A stretch of DNA of 32,000 nt from positions 1,200,001 to 1,232,000 of the forward strand of contig NC_010814.1 in the NCBI RefSeq assembly GCF_000020385.1, written 5' to 3'. The notes beneath the pieces are model-generated. The model was not told the origin of the DNA. It ran no database searches and worked only from the letters and a program-made list of their open reading frames with translations. Positions 17,181 through 25,350 of the stretch are shown piece by piece. Position 1 is the stretch's first letter; each line of letters starts with the position of its first letter. Both the position numbers and the translations under genes were made by a program. The DNA comes from Trichlorobacter lovleyi SZ (GTDB lineage: Bacteria > Desulfobacterota > Desulfuromonadia > Geobacterales > Pseudopelobacteraceae).

Positions 17181-19373
17181 TCAGGCCCCCTTTACCAGTT
17201 TTACAAAGGTACAACGCATTCCGGTGCCGCCGCAGATCGGATCAACCGGATAGCTGCTGATCAGCTGCTGATCATCCGCCCCTCTGCGGAAAGCCTTTGT
17301 CAGACCTTTTGATTGTTGGCCAAAGCCATGCACCATGTAGACACAGTCTTCTCTAATCCGTTCCGTCACCTTCAGGCGTACGCGGTTTGAGGTGATCCCT
17401 TCCTGATTCTGCAGCGCCACATACTGGCCATCAGTCAGCCCCATTTTTCTGGCCTGTACGCTGCTCAGCCAGAGTTCATTTTCCTTGTACAGCTCGTTCA
17501 AGGCAGGGTTGTTTACCGTACGACTGAAGGTGTGTACCGCACTGCGACCATACAGCAGACGATAGAACCCTTGTGGCGGCTCTTCATTCTTCTCGTAGGC
17601 GGGTATCGGTTCAAACCCCAGCTCTTCAAGTTCCTTGCTGTACAACTCAATCTTGCCTGACTTGGTTTTGAAGACCGGCTGATTGTCGGCGGTGATGAAC
17701 GGCTTTGCCGTGTCAGGGAAGGAAATGACCCCCTTCTGTTTCAGTTCGTCATAGTCGATGTTGTAGGTCAGGCAGAGTTCATTCAGACGATCTTCGAAAT
17801 TTTCCCAGGGGAAGTAGTCTTCCAACCCCAGTTTTTTGGACAGCTCCTTGGCGATCCACCAGGCCGGTTTTGAGTCGTACATCGGCGCTACTGCAGGCTG
17901 GCGGATACTTGCGGACAGAGCGCGTCCCTTGCCGATGATCAGGCCGTCATGCCGCTCCAGGTAGGTGCATTCAGGCAGCACCACATCGGCGTAGAGCGAG
18001 GTGTCAGAGGGGATAACATCAACCACCACCAGCAGATCCAGCTTGCTGATCGCCTCGATGGTCTCTTTCTGGCCCGGCATGGCAGCCAGCAGATTGGTAC
18101 CGGTAACCATCCAGGCCTTGACCGGGTACGGTTCGCCGATACTGGTGGCCTCACGGATGGCGTTGGTGACCCCTTCGGCGCCGCCTAACGGGAAGCCCCC
18201 TTTTTTCAGGGTGGGACGGTTTGAGGCGGGAAAGCTGGGTGGTGGCACTGCCGGGAACGATCCCCTGGTGGCCAGGTAGGCACCCCCTTCTCGTCCCCAG
18301 GTGCCGAGGATGGCGCCCAGAATGGCAATTGCCCGTGAACGTTGTACATCCTTGCCGTCCCAGGTAACGTGGCGGCCGGGATGGATGCAGACTGCCGGGC
18401 GGTGCAGGCCCATCTCGCGGGCAGTGGCCATGATCTGTGCTGCCGGGATATCGGTCTCTTTTTCCGCCCACTCCGGTGTGTACTGCTGTACTGCCGCTGC
18501 AAGCTTATCAAAGCCGTGTGTGTATTTGGCAACGTACTCCCGGTCGTACCAGCCTTCACGGATGATGATATTGATCCAGGCCAGGATCAGGGCCATATCA
18601 CTGGCCGGTTTGATCGGCAGCCAGTGGTGTGCTTTGCCCGCAGCTACCGAAAAGCGGGGATCAACCACGATGATCTTTGCGCCGTTGCCGATCGCATCGG
18701 TAAACTCCTGCACCTGTGAGTTGTGCATGTTCTCGCCCAGGTGAGAGCCGATCAGCACCACCACCTTGCTGTTGGCCATGTCCAATCGTTCAGGTGAACC
18801 GATGTCGTCACCGTAGGTCAGCTCATACCCCACTACCCGTGGCCCACGGCACTGGGCAAAGGATGGCATGGCAAAGTTATTGCTGCCAAACCCCTGTAAC
18901 AGCGGCATGAAATGCTCGGTGGGGGAACCGTGGGTAAACAGGGCCAGTGATTCCGGACCATGCTCTTCCTTGATTTTTTTCAGCTTGTCGGCAATGTGGG
19001 TCAGTGCCTCGTCCCAGCTTGCCTTGCGAAACTGCCCCTCACCCCTTTTGCCGGTTCTGATCAGGGGATGTTTGAGCCGATCCGGGTCGTACAGCAGGCC
19101 GATACCTCCGTTGCCCCGTCCACAGAGCTTGCCTTTAGCGGTTGCAGAGAGCGGATTTCCCTCCAGCTTGACCACCCGGCCACCCACGACGGTGGCAATG
19201 GCGCCGCATTTCCAGAAACACATCTCGCAATAGGTGGTGATTTTTTCTGTCTTGGCCAGCCCCTTTTCACCGGCCCAGAGCAGAAACTGGTCAGGCAGAT
19301 AGGTGGCGGCAATTGCGCCGGCGGTACAGATTCCTGAAGTTTTAAGGAAGGAGCGTCTGCTCATAATCGGCAT
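17181..19373 (-). CDS. Mo-bisPGD oxidoreductase catalytic subunit of the polysulfide / thiosulfate / selenite (Psr/Phs/Srr) reductase type, exported by the Tat pathway
   Basis: 730 aa. A Tat signal (SRRSFLKTSGICTAGAIAA) and a CEMCFWKC-X-C [4Fe-4S] motif are present. The gene order A-B-C plus rhodanese supports the family. Substrate cannot be assigned from the sequence alone. Confidence 0.8.
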   Translation of the reverse strand: MPIMSRRSFLKTSGICTAGAIAATYLPDQFLLWAGEKGLAKTEKITTYCEMCFWKCGAIATVVGGRVVKLEGNPLSATAKGKLCGRGNGGIGLLYDPDRLKHPLIRTGKRGEGQFRKASWDEALTHIADKLKKIKEEHGPESLALFTHGSPTEHFMPLLQGFGSNNFAMPSFAQCRGPRVVGYELTYGDDIGSPERLDMANSKVVVLIGSHLGENMHNSQVQEFTDAIGNGAKIIVVDPRFSVAAGKAHHWLPIKPASDMALILAWINIIIREGWYDREYVAKYTHGFDKLAAAVQQYTPEWAEKETDIPAAQIMATAREMGLHRPAVCIHPGRHVTWDGKDVQRSRAIAILGAILGTWGREGGAYLATRGSFPAVPPPSFPASNRPTLKKGGFPLGGAEGVTNAIREATSIGEPYPVKAWMVTGTNLLAAMPGQKETIEAISKLDLLVVVDVIPSDTSLYADVVLPECTYLERHDGLIIGKGRALSASIRQPAVAPMYDSKPAWWIAKELSKKLGLEDYFPWENFEDRLNELCLTYNIDYDELKQKGVISFPDTAKPFITADNQPVFKTKSGKIELYSKELEELGFEPIPAYEKNEEPPQGFYRLLYGRSAVHTFSRTVNNPALNELYKENELWLSSVQARKMGLTDGQYVALQNQEGITSNRVRLKVTERIREDCVYMVHGFGQQSKGLTKAFRRGADDQQLISSYPVDPICGGTGMRCTFVKLVKGA

Positions 19374-19396
19374 GAAGTAAATCTCCTTTCGGGTAC

Positions 19397-19430
19397 AAAA
19401 AACGCCCTCCGATTAAGAATCGGAAGGCGC
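19397..19430 (-). terminator. Strong intrinsic terminator between the small -GC protein gene and the psrA-like gene
   Basis: On the minus strand, GCGCCTTCCGATT-ctt-AATCGGAGGGCG is followed by TTTTTT. This is a stem of about 12 bp with one G-T pair. It ends about 15 nt before the psrA-like RBS. Confidence 0.7.
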
Positions 19431-19440
19431 CAGGTTGCTA

Positions 19441-19767
19441 TTAGCAGCCAGCAACAACCTCAGTGCCGGTACCCTTGGGAGGCTCGCTCACCGACAGGGT
19501 CATGTTCTGTTTGATCTTGGCGGCCTTGGCCTTGCTGAATTTCAACGTTACCTGCTTTCCCTGCACATCTACCACCGTGGGCATACCGCCGGCTGCAGAC
19601 AGCACTGATCCCTTCTTTACCCAGGTTGGTCCGCCTTTGGCCACTTCCAGGGTGACCCGTTCGCCGTCATTTTTGGTTACCTTGCCGGAAAAGGAAGCGG
19701 CCATGGCGCCACTGCTCAAGGCCAGTGTCGTGAGTGCAACTGCAACCAATGTGATCATCTTTTTCAT
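19441..19767 (-). CDS. Small secreted protein ending in -AGC, a paralog of the 26769-27050 product
   Basis: 108 aa with an AGGAGG RBS and a signal peptide (MKKMITLVAVALTTLALSSGAMA). The mature part aligns with the ExtJ-like protein (GKV..V.DG..V.LE.....KKG......G....V.V.G..V.LK.S.A.A..IK). Both end in Gly-Cys followed by the stop codon. Confidence 0.7.
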   Translation of the reverse strand: MKKMITLVAVALTTLALSSGAMAASFSGKVTKNDGERVTLEVAKGGPTWVKKGSVLSAAGGMPTVVDVQGKQVTLKFSKAKAAKIKQNMTLSVSEPPKGTGTEVVAGC

Positions 19768-19821
19768 AAGTTTTTCCTCCTGATAGTGGGATGTTTACGT
19801 GAAATCGATGGAGGTGACTTA

Positions 19822-19837
19822 AGCAAGTGCGGTGCCA
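19822..19837 (-). promoter_or_regulatory. Sigma54 (-24/-12) promoter
   Basis: The minus strand reads TGGCAC-CGCAC-TTGCT, a perfect match to TGGCAC-N5-TTGCW. It lies 54 nt upstream of the ATG at 19767 and directly downstream of a sigma54-dependent regulator gene. Confidence 0.8.
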
Positions 19838-19946
19838 ATAGGTAACACACTTAAATTATTGAAATGTGGCGGCATATGGTTGTTTCAAAATGAAACGATC
19901 GTGCAGATTGAATGAAATGAGAGGGGGTTAATGGGGGTGGGCTGAC

Positions 19947-21290
19947 TTACAATCCGTACTGTTTTACTTTTCTCCAAAGTGAGGCAAGACTGATGCCAAG
20001 CAGTTTTGAGGCCTTGCCCCGATGCCCTGCGGTGGCTTTGAGTACGCGGATGATATGCCGTCGTTCCACTTCAGCCATTGGAAGCAGTTCCTGGTCGGAT
20101 GAGGATGAAAGCGGGGTGTCGGATACAGAAAAGCGCGGCAGGTACTGCGGCTGCAGTTCGTTTCCATCAGCCATAATCACAGCCCGTTCAATGATGTTTT
20201 CCAGTTCACGCACATTGCCGGGCCAATGATAGTTGCGCAGACTCTGCAACGCCTCTGGAGAGATGCTGGACAGCTGCACTCCGTATTGCCTGGCGTAGCG
20301 GGTCAGAAAGTAGTGGGCCAACAGGCCGATGTCACCATTGCGTTCACGAAGCGGCGGCAGTGTAATCGTGACCACGTTCAGGCGATAAAACAGATCACTG
20401 CGAAATCTCCCTGTCTGGACCTCCTTTTCAAGCGTTGTGTTGCTGGCGGCGATCACCCGCAGGTCAACCGAGCGCGGTTCGTGGTCACCAACCCTGATGA
20501 AGCTCCCTTCCTGCAAAACCCTCAGTAACTTGACCTGAAAGGCTGGAGAGGTGGTGTTGATTTCATCCAGAAACAGGGTGCCATGGTCTGCAGATTCCAG
20601 CAGCCCTTTCTTGTCTTTGTCAGCACCGGTAAAGGCACCGCGGGCATGGCCAAACAGCTCTGATTCCAGCAGTGTTTCAGGCAGGGCGCCACAGTTGATC
20701 GGCAGGAAACGCTGGTCACGACGCTGGCTCAGGCGGTGAATCATTCGTGCCGCCAACTCCTTGCCGGTTCCGGTTTCCCCCTGAATAAGGACCGTGGTAT
20801 CAAAAGGTGCGATCCTGGTGATCAGCGCCTTCAGTGTAGTCATCTGTTTGCTGGCGCCCAGAAGCTCGTCGGCTTGGCATCCGGCTACCTGCTGGCGTAG
20901 CTGGCGATTTTCATCCTGTAGACGCAACCGTACCAGTGCCCGTTGCACCACCAGCAACAGTTGATCCGGCTCAAACGGTTTCTGCAGATAGTCGTAGGCG
21001 CCGTTTTTAATTGCCTGTACTGCCGACTCAATTGAACCGTATCCGGTAATCACCACCACCAGGCAGTCAGGGTTAGCCTGAAGGGCCAGGTTCAGCAGTT
21101 CCATGCCGTCTATCTGTGGCATCATCAAATCAGTGATGATCAGATCTGTTGTTTGGCGTAACACCATTTCTGCAGCCTCAGCGCCGTCACTGCAGAGGAC
21201 TGCATTGATACCCTCACTTGCCAGAGTATCCCTGATCAGTTGCCGCATCCTCAGGTCATCATCGACAATGAGAATAAGTGGATCAGGCAT
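19947..21290 (-). CDS. Sigma54-dependent response regulator (NtrC family)
   Basis: 447 aa. The receiver reads DDD...DLMMPQIDG. Walker A is GETGTGKEL. The GAFTGA motif is canonical and ESELFGH is present. The C-terminal HTH reads [19 protein letters not shown]. Confidence 0.9.
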   Translation of the reverse strand: MPDPLILIVDDDLRMRQLIRDTLASEGINAVLCSDGAEAAEMVLRQTTDLIITDLMMPQIDGMELLNLALQANPDCLVVVITGYGSIESAVQAIKNGAYDYLQKPFEPDQLLLVVQRALVRLRLQDENRQLRQQVAGCQADELLGASKQMTTLKALITRIAPFDTTVLIQGETGTGKELAARMIHRLSQRRDQRFLPINCGALPETLLESELFGHARGAFTGADKDKKGLLESADHGTLFLDEINTTSPAFQVKLLRVLQEGSFIRVGDHEPRSVDLRVIAASNTTLEKEVQTGRFRSDLFYRLNVVTITLPPLRERNGDIGLLAHYFLTRYARQYGVQLSSISPEALQSLRNYHWPGNVRELENIIERAVIMADGNELQPQYLPRFSVSDTPLSSSSDQELLPMAEVERRHIIRVLKATAGHRGKASKLLGISLASLWRKVKQYGL

Positions 21291-22938
21291 CGACCGACTC
21301 CTTGCAGGGCAGGATTACAACAAAGGTCGTGCCTCTGCTGTCTGACTTGACAATATCGATATTGCCGCCGTTCTCATTCACAATTCCTGCGCAGATGGAA
21401 AGTCCCAGCCCGGTTCCTTCCCCAAACGGCTTGGTGGTAAAAAATGGGTCAAAGATGCGGCTTCTTACTTCATCCGGGATGCCGGGGCCGCTATCCTGCA
21501 CCTCAAGTCTGACCCCTTCTGGCTGACGTCTGACAATAATACGGATCTCTCCCTGACTACCAATCGCCTGCAGGGCATTCATCACCAGATTCAGCACTAC
21601 CTGTTCAATTCCCCATGGGTCGGCGCAGACCTTCGGGATCAGCTCAAGGTCAGTGGTCAGGATGATCTTGCGTTTGCTGAGTTCAGTGGTAAGCAGGCAA
21701 AGGGCATTTTTAATGACACTATTCAGGTCACATGCGTCCAGGCGACACTGGGTTGGTTGGGCATGGCGGGAGAAGTTGAGCAAGGCCTGGATGATGGTGC
21801 CGCTCTTTTTGGCCTGCTCCGCAATCACTGCCAGCTGTTCACGCTGCTGTTGGGTCAGGTTCTCCTGTTTCAGTAACAGCCGGGCGTATCCCAGGATGCT
21901 TCCCAATGGGGTGTTCAGTTCATGGGCAACACCGGCAGAGAGCTGCCCGATTGCCGACAACTTTTCAGTGCGGTGATACAGTTCCTGCTGTTTCTTCTCT
22001 TCGGTAATGTTTCTGAAGGTGATCACACGGCCGATCCGTTTCATTTCATTATCCAGCAAGGGGGCCATGTTGAGTGATAGGTGGCATTCGTTTGCACGAG
22101 CCTGCGTGCAGGTTAGCTCAAGTCCTTGAATGATTTCCATCGGATCAGTCAGCTCAACGCTTATGACAGGAAAGAGGTCCGTAAGAGCCAGGCCAATCAG
22201 CTCCGCTTCATCACGTTGCAGGATCATGGTTGCAGAACGGTTAACCGAAAGGATCCGGTCATTGGTACCAGCCACCAGTAATCCCTCTGACAAGCTTTCC
22301 AGTACTGTTGCCAGCTTTGACTTCTCTGTCAGGTAAAAATCACGTTGCTCTTTTTCCGATTGTTCTGCCATCTTTTTTTCTGTGATATCAAGTGATACCT
22401 CGATGACGGTGGTAACCTTGTTGTTTTCATCACGTGCAAACGGCGTGGTGGCAACCTGAAAATACTTGCCTCGCTTGACAATCTCCCGCGCAACGGCCGG
22501 TTGACCGGTGGCAAAGGTGTATTTGGCCGGACAATGCTCCACCGGTGCATTGCGGTTGCCGTAGGCATCAAAGCAATAACAGCCTGTAACATCTTCAGCT
22601 TCCGGCGCCAGCAGCAGGGTGCGTTGTTTTTCGTTGCAGCGCAGGATACGGAAGTTGCGGTCGATGATTGAAATTCCTACCCCGGTGGCATCAAAGATCG
22701 CCTGCAGTTCATCCTTGGCTACCTGTAATTCATTGATGGTTTCATTGAGATACTCCAGTATGTGGCCGAATGACTGGGCAATCGTGCCGATCGGATCAAG
22801 CTCGATCAGAGCATGATCGTCCAGCTCTTCCTCCTGCAGCGGCTCGGTGCCCATAACTCCCAGCAGTTGGTTGGTCTTTTCCCTGATGTAGCGAACATAG
22901 GCAAGACAGTTTTCCTGTTGCTTGGGGCATCCGCTCAT
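21283..22938 (-). CDS. Cytoplasmic PAS-PAS histidine kinase
   Basis: 551 aa with no TM segment. There are two PAS-like regions, the first carrying a GCYCF...HCP cysteine cluster. The H-box is GVAHELNTPLG and the HATPase motifs are DSGPGI / GTGLGLSIC. Its start overlaps the TusA-like stop (ATGA) and its end overlaps the regulator start. Confidence 0.9.
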   Translation of the reverse strand: MSGCPKQQENCLAYVRYIREKTNQLLGVMGTEPLQEEELDDHALIELDPIGTIAQSFGHILEYLNETINELQVAKDELQAIFDATGVGISIIDRNFRILRCNEKQRTLLLAPEAEDVTGCYCFDAYGNRNAPVEHCPAKYTFATGQPAVAREIVKRGKYFQVATTPFARDENNKVTTVIEVSLDITEKKMAEQSEKEQRDFYLTEKSKLATVLESLSEGLLVAGTNDRILSVNRSATMILQRDEAELIGLALTDLFPVISVELTDPMEIIQGLELTCTQARANECHLSLNMAPLLDNEMKRIGRVITFRNITEEKKQQELYHRTEKLSAIGQLSAGVAHELNTPLGSILGYARLLLKQENLTQQQREQLAVIAEQAKKSGTIIQALLNFSRHAQPTQCRLDACDLNSVIKNALCLLTTELSKRKIILTTDLELIPKVCADPWGIEQVVLNLVMNALQAIGSQGEIRIIVRRQPEGVRLEVQDSGPGIPDEVRSRIFDPFFTTKPFGEGTGLGLSICAGIVNENGGNIDIVKSDSRGTTFVVILPCKESVDA

Positions 22939-23195
22939 GATTTACCGCCGATACTGATCTCGTACCAGGTTTCCACCTTGCGGACTTCGACAGCCAGCCC
23001 CATCTTTTGAGCAGAAGCAGGAACCGTACGGGTAGTGTCACGATGATCGGTACGCACCAACAGCCGTGCGGTATCATTCCTCAGGCGTTCCCGATATTGG
23101 TTGATCTGCTTGAGTACTACCAACAGGCAGGCTGGGCAGACCTGGCCGAGGATATTGAGTTCTATTGTTTCAACTGAGCGCTCATCATTGCTCAT
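22935..23195 (-). CDS. TusA/YedF-family sulfur(selenium)-carrier-like protein with a CPAC active-site variant
   Basis: 86 aa, starting at MSNDERS after an AGGAGG RBS. LNILGQVCPACLLVVLKQ aligns with TusA LDALGLRCPEPVMMVRK. The C-terminus (WYEISIGG) resembles TusA (YRYLIRKG). Confidence 0.7.
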   Translation of the reverse strand: MSNDERSVETIELNILGQVCPACLLVVLKQINQYRERLRNDTARLLVRTDHRDTTRTVPASAQKMGLAVEVRKVETWYEISIGGKS

Positions 23196-24024
23196 CTGTT
23201 TTACCTCCTGAATGTTTGACGCTGACAGCTGTCGGGTGGGCAAGCCGGAACCCAAGGCCACTGAAACGCCCGTTGGGAGCAAACCAGTAGCGAATGGATG
23301 CGCGGATGCATTTGGGTTCGCAATCCCAGCAGCCACCCCGGACGGCCTTTTCAGAGGATGTAGTGGGGCCTTGAGGATTCATCCTCGGGCTTTTGCTATA
23401 ATAGCTCGTATCAAACCAGTCCTGCACCCATTCCCACACATTGCCGCTCATATCATAGATGCCGAGTCCATTAGGCTTTTTCTGTCCAACTGGATGTGGT
23501 CTGCCATCGGAATTGTCATGGTGCCAGGCCAGAACATCAATGTCGTTACCTCCACAGAACTTCTCCTGTTTACCACCGCTGCGACAGGCGTATTCCCATT
23601 CAGCCTCGCTGGGGAGACGGAACTGTAGTCCGGTTTGTCTGTTCAGGCGTTGGATAAACTGTTGAACCTCATTCCAGCTGACCTGCTCAACCGGGCAGCT
23701 GTCGCCGCAATCCCTGAAGTTGGATGGCCTATTGCCCATGAACTGTTTCCATTGCCCCTGCGTGACCTCGTATTTGGCAATCATAAAGTCTGATACACAG
23801 ACCTCATGAACCGGCTTCTCGTCGCCAGCGCTTTCAAGAATGAATTCACCCATCTGAAAGCAGCCCCCTTTTACCGGGACAAGTTCGATGTCGCTGCGTT
23901 GTCTCAGCTCATCAGGCACCAACAGTGCATCATGAGCATCACAGATCACTGGCAACAGCAGTATGGTCAACCAGGTGAGGGCTGAAAGGGTGTATAGATG
24001 CTTTTTAATCGAGGGAGTACCCAT
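23185..24024 (-). CDS. Secreted FGE-sulfatase (SUMF1/EgtB/PvdO) domain protein
   Basis: The start was chosen at MGTPSIKKHLYTLSALTWLTILLLPVI (signal-like) after a GGAG RBS. Family motifs are present: YEVTQGQW, RLPSEAEWEYACR, GNVWEWVQDW and RGG.W. The longer track ORF would overlap the yedE-like gene. Confidence 0.85.
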   Translation of the reverse strand: MGTPSIKKHLYTLSALTWLTILLLPVICDAHDALLVPDELRQRSDIELVPVKGGCFQMGEFILESAGDEKPVHEVCVSDFMIAKYEVTQGQWKQFMGNRPSNFRDCGDSCPVEQVSWNEVQQFIQRLNRQTGLQFRLPSEAEWEYACRSGGKQEKFCGGNDIDVLAWHHDNSDGRPHPVGQKKPNGLGIYDMSGNVWEWVQDWFDTSYYSKSPRMNPQGPTTSSEKAVRGGCWDCEPKCIRASIRYWFAPNGRFSGLGFRLAHPTAVSVKHSGGKTDEQ

Positions 24025-24068
24025 GCAGGTCTGTCTCCTGGGACAGCAAAGGAAGAAGACTGTCCTGT

Positions 24069-25175
24069 TTAGCCGCTGTCTTTTGTTTGAGTAATCACCA
24101 GTGGTAGTATCTGTGCGCCGTGCCATGCCCCAAGCAGCATACTCATGACAAACAGCAGTGCCTCAATTGATAAAAGCGGCAGGCCTCCCAGCAGAAATTT
24201 GATGTTGCAGCCATTGGCCAGTCGAGCACCTAGTGCGATCAGAATTCCTCCAGTGAAGGCAGTCAGTCCCTGACGCCACGGGGGTAGTCCATATACCCTG
24301 AACTCTTTCAGAAAAAGTGAGGTAAGCAGTGCTCCGCCCAAAATGCCGGCCATAAAGGGCAACTCGGTCAATAGGGTAGGATCAGACATTGTTCCGGTTG
24401 GGGATGTTGTGGTCAATCCAGTCTGCTGAAGCAGTTGTTCCAAGTGCAAGACATGTGCTGAAAAGAGTTGTGACTCAAGCCATAGTCCGATGCGGAGGTA
24501 GGCTGTTGAGATACCCAGAGGCCAGCCGTTTATCAGGTAGGCCGATAGATTGAGCAGGGCAAGTCCGATGGCAATCTTCCAGGGCTGCAGGTATCCATTG
24601 GCTGCCGCAACTATCTGTAAAAGCCCGCCACGATACCAGCGCAGGGCGAAGAAAAATGTTAGCAGTATCACTATAATGTTGATTGTTTCAGCAGTAAGAG
24701 GCCAATGCTGGATTAGAAGCTTATTTTCGCTTGCACCTCCAGTTTGGAGTAGCTCTTTGAACAACGGCTGCAGTTCGGCATAGAACACACTACCTGTAAC
24801 GATGCCGACAAAGGCGACACCGTGGGAAAGGTTGCCACTCCCCATCTTGTACAGTGTGCTTATCACACAGCCGCCAGCAAGAACCATTCCGATGCCAAAC
24901 AACCACCCACCTGTCATAGAAGCGATGGAAGGCAACCCAAAGGTGGGTGGAGGTGTTGCTGATACTAAGCCGATATAACGAGCAAGGGTGAATAGTGACA
25001 GGGTTAGTCCCACAGCCAGCAGCAAGGGGCGCAAGAGGGTGCGATCCTGAAATAAAAATTGATCACGTAAAATGCCGGCAATGCAGAAATCCCCACGATA
25101 GAGCATGTTCCCCAGTGCCAAGCCAATGACCAGGTTGAAGCCGATAGTAACCCATGGGGAAAGAGTGATCGTCAT
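24069..25175 (-). CDS. YeeE/YedE-family membrane protein (a putative thiosulfate or selenium-compound transporter)
   Basis: 368 aa and polytopic. The family's Cys-containing motifs are repeated: GDFCIAG, GGCVISTLYK and ANGCNIKF. Confidence 0.8.
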   Translation of the reverse strand: MTITLSPWVTIGFNLVIGLALGNMLYRGDFCIAGILRDQFLFQDRTLLRPLLLAVGLTLSLFTLARYIGLVSATPPPTFGLPSIASMTGGWLFGIGMVLAGGCVISTLYKMGSGNLSHGVAFVGIVTGSVFYAELQPLFKELLQTGGASENKLLIQHWPLTAETINIIVILLTFFFALRWYRGGLLQIVAAANGYLQPWKIAIGLALLNLSAYLINGWPLGISTAYLRIGLWLESQLFSAHVLHLEQLLQQTGLTTTSPTGTMSDPTLLTELPFMAGILGGALLTSLFLKEFRVYGLPPWRQGLTAFTGGILIALGARLANGCNIKFLLGGLPLLSIEALLFVMSMLLGAWHGAQILPLVITQTKDSG

Positions 25176-25270
25176 CGCTATCCGTTTCTAGTCTGCTTTT
25201 GATAAGTGTTTTTATAAGTGTTGCAAGTATAACTGCTGTTACAGTGCAACGCAACATGGCCATTGAGCAT

Positions 25271-25299
25271 AAAAAAAGCCGGCGGTTTGAGCCGCCGGC
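25271..25299 (-). terminator. Intrinsic terminator after the cytochrome gene
   Basis: On the minus strand, GCCGGCGG-ctcaaa-CCGCCGGC is followed by TTTTTTT, about 50 nt after the stop at 25351. Confidence 0.75.
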
Positions 25300-25350
25300 A
25301 CCACATGAAGGAGGGATAGGTGAGTATCCCTGTGTTGCTTGTTTTGCCGG

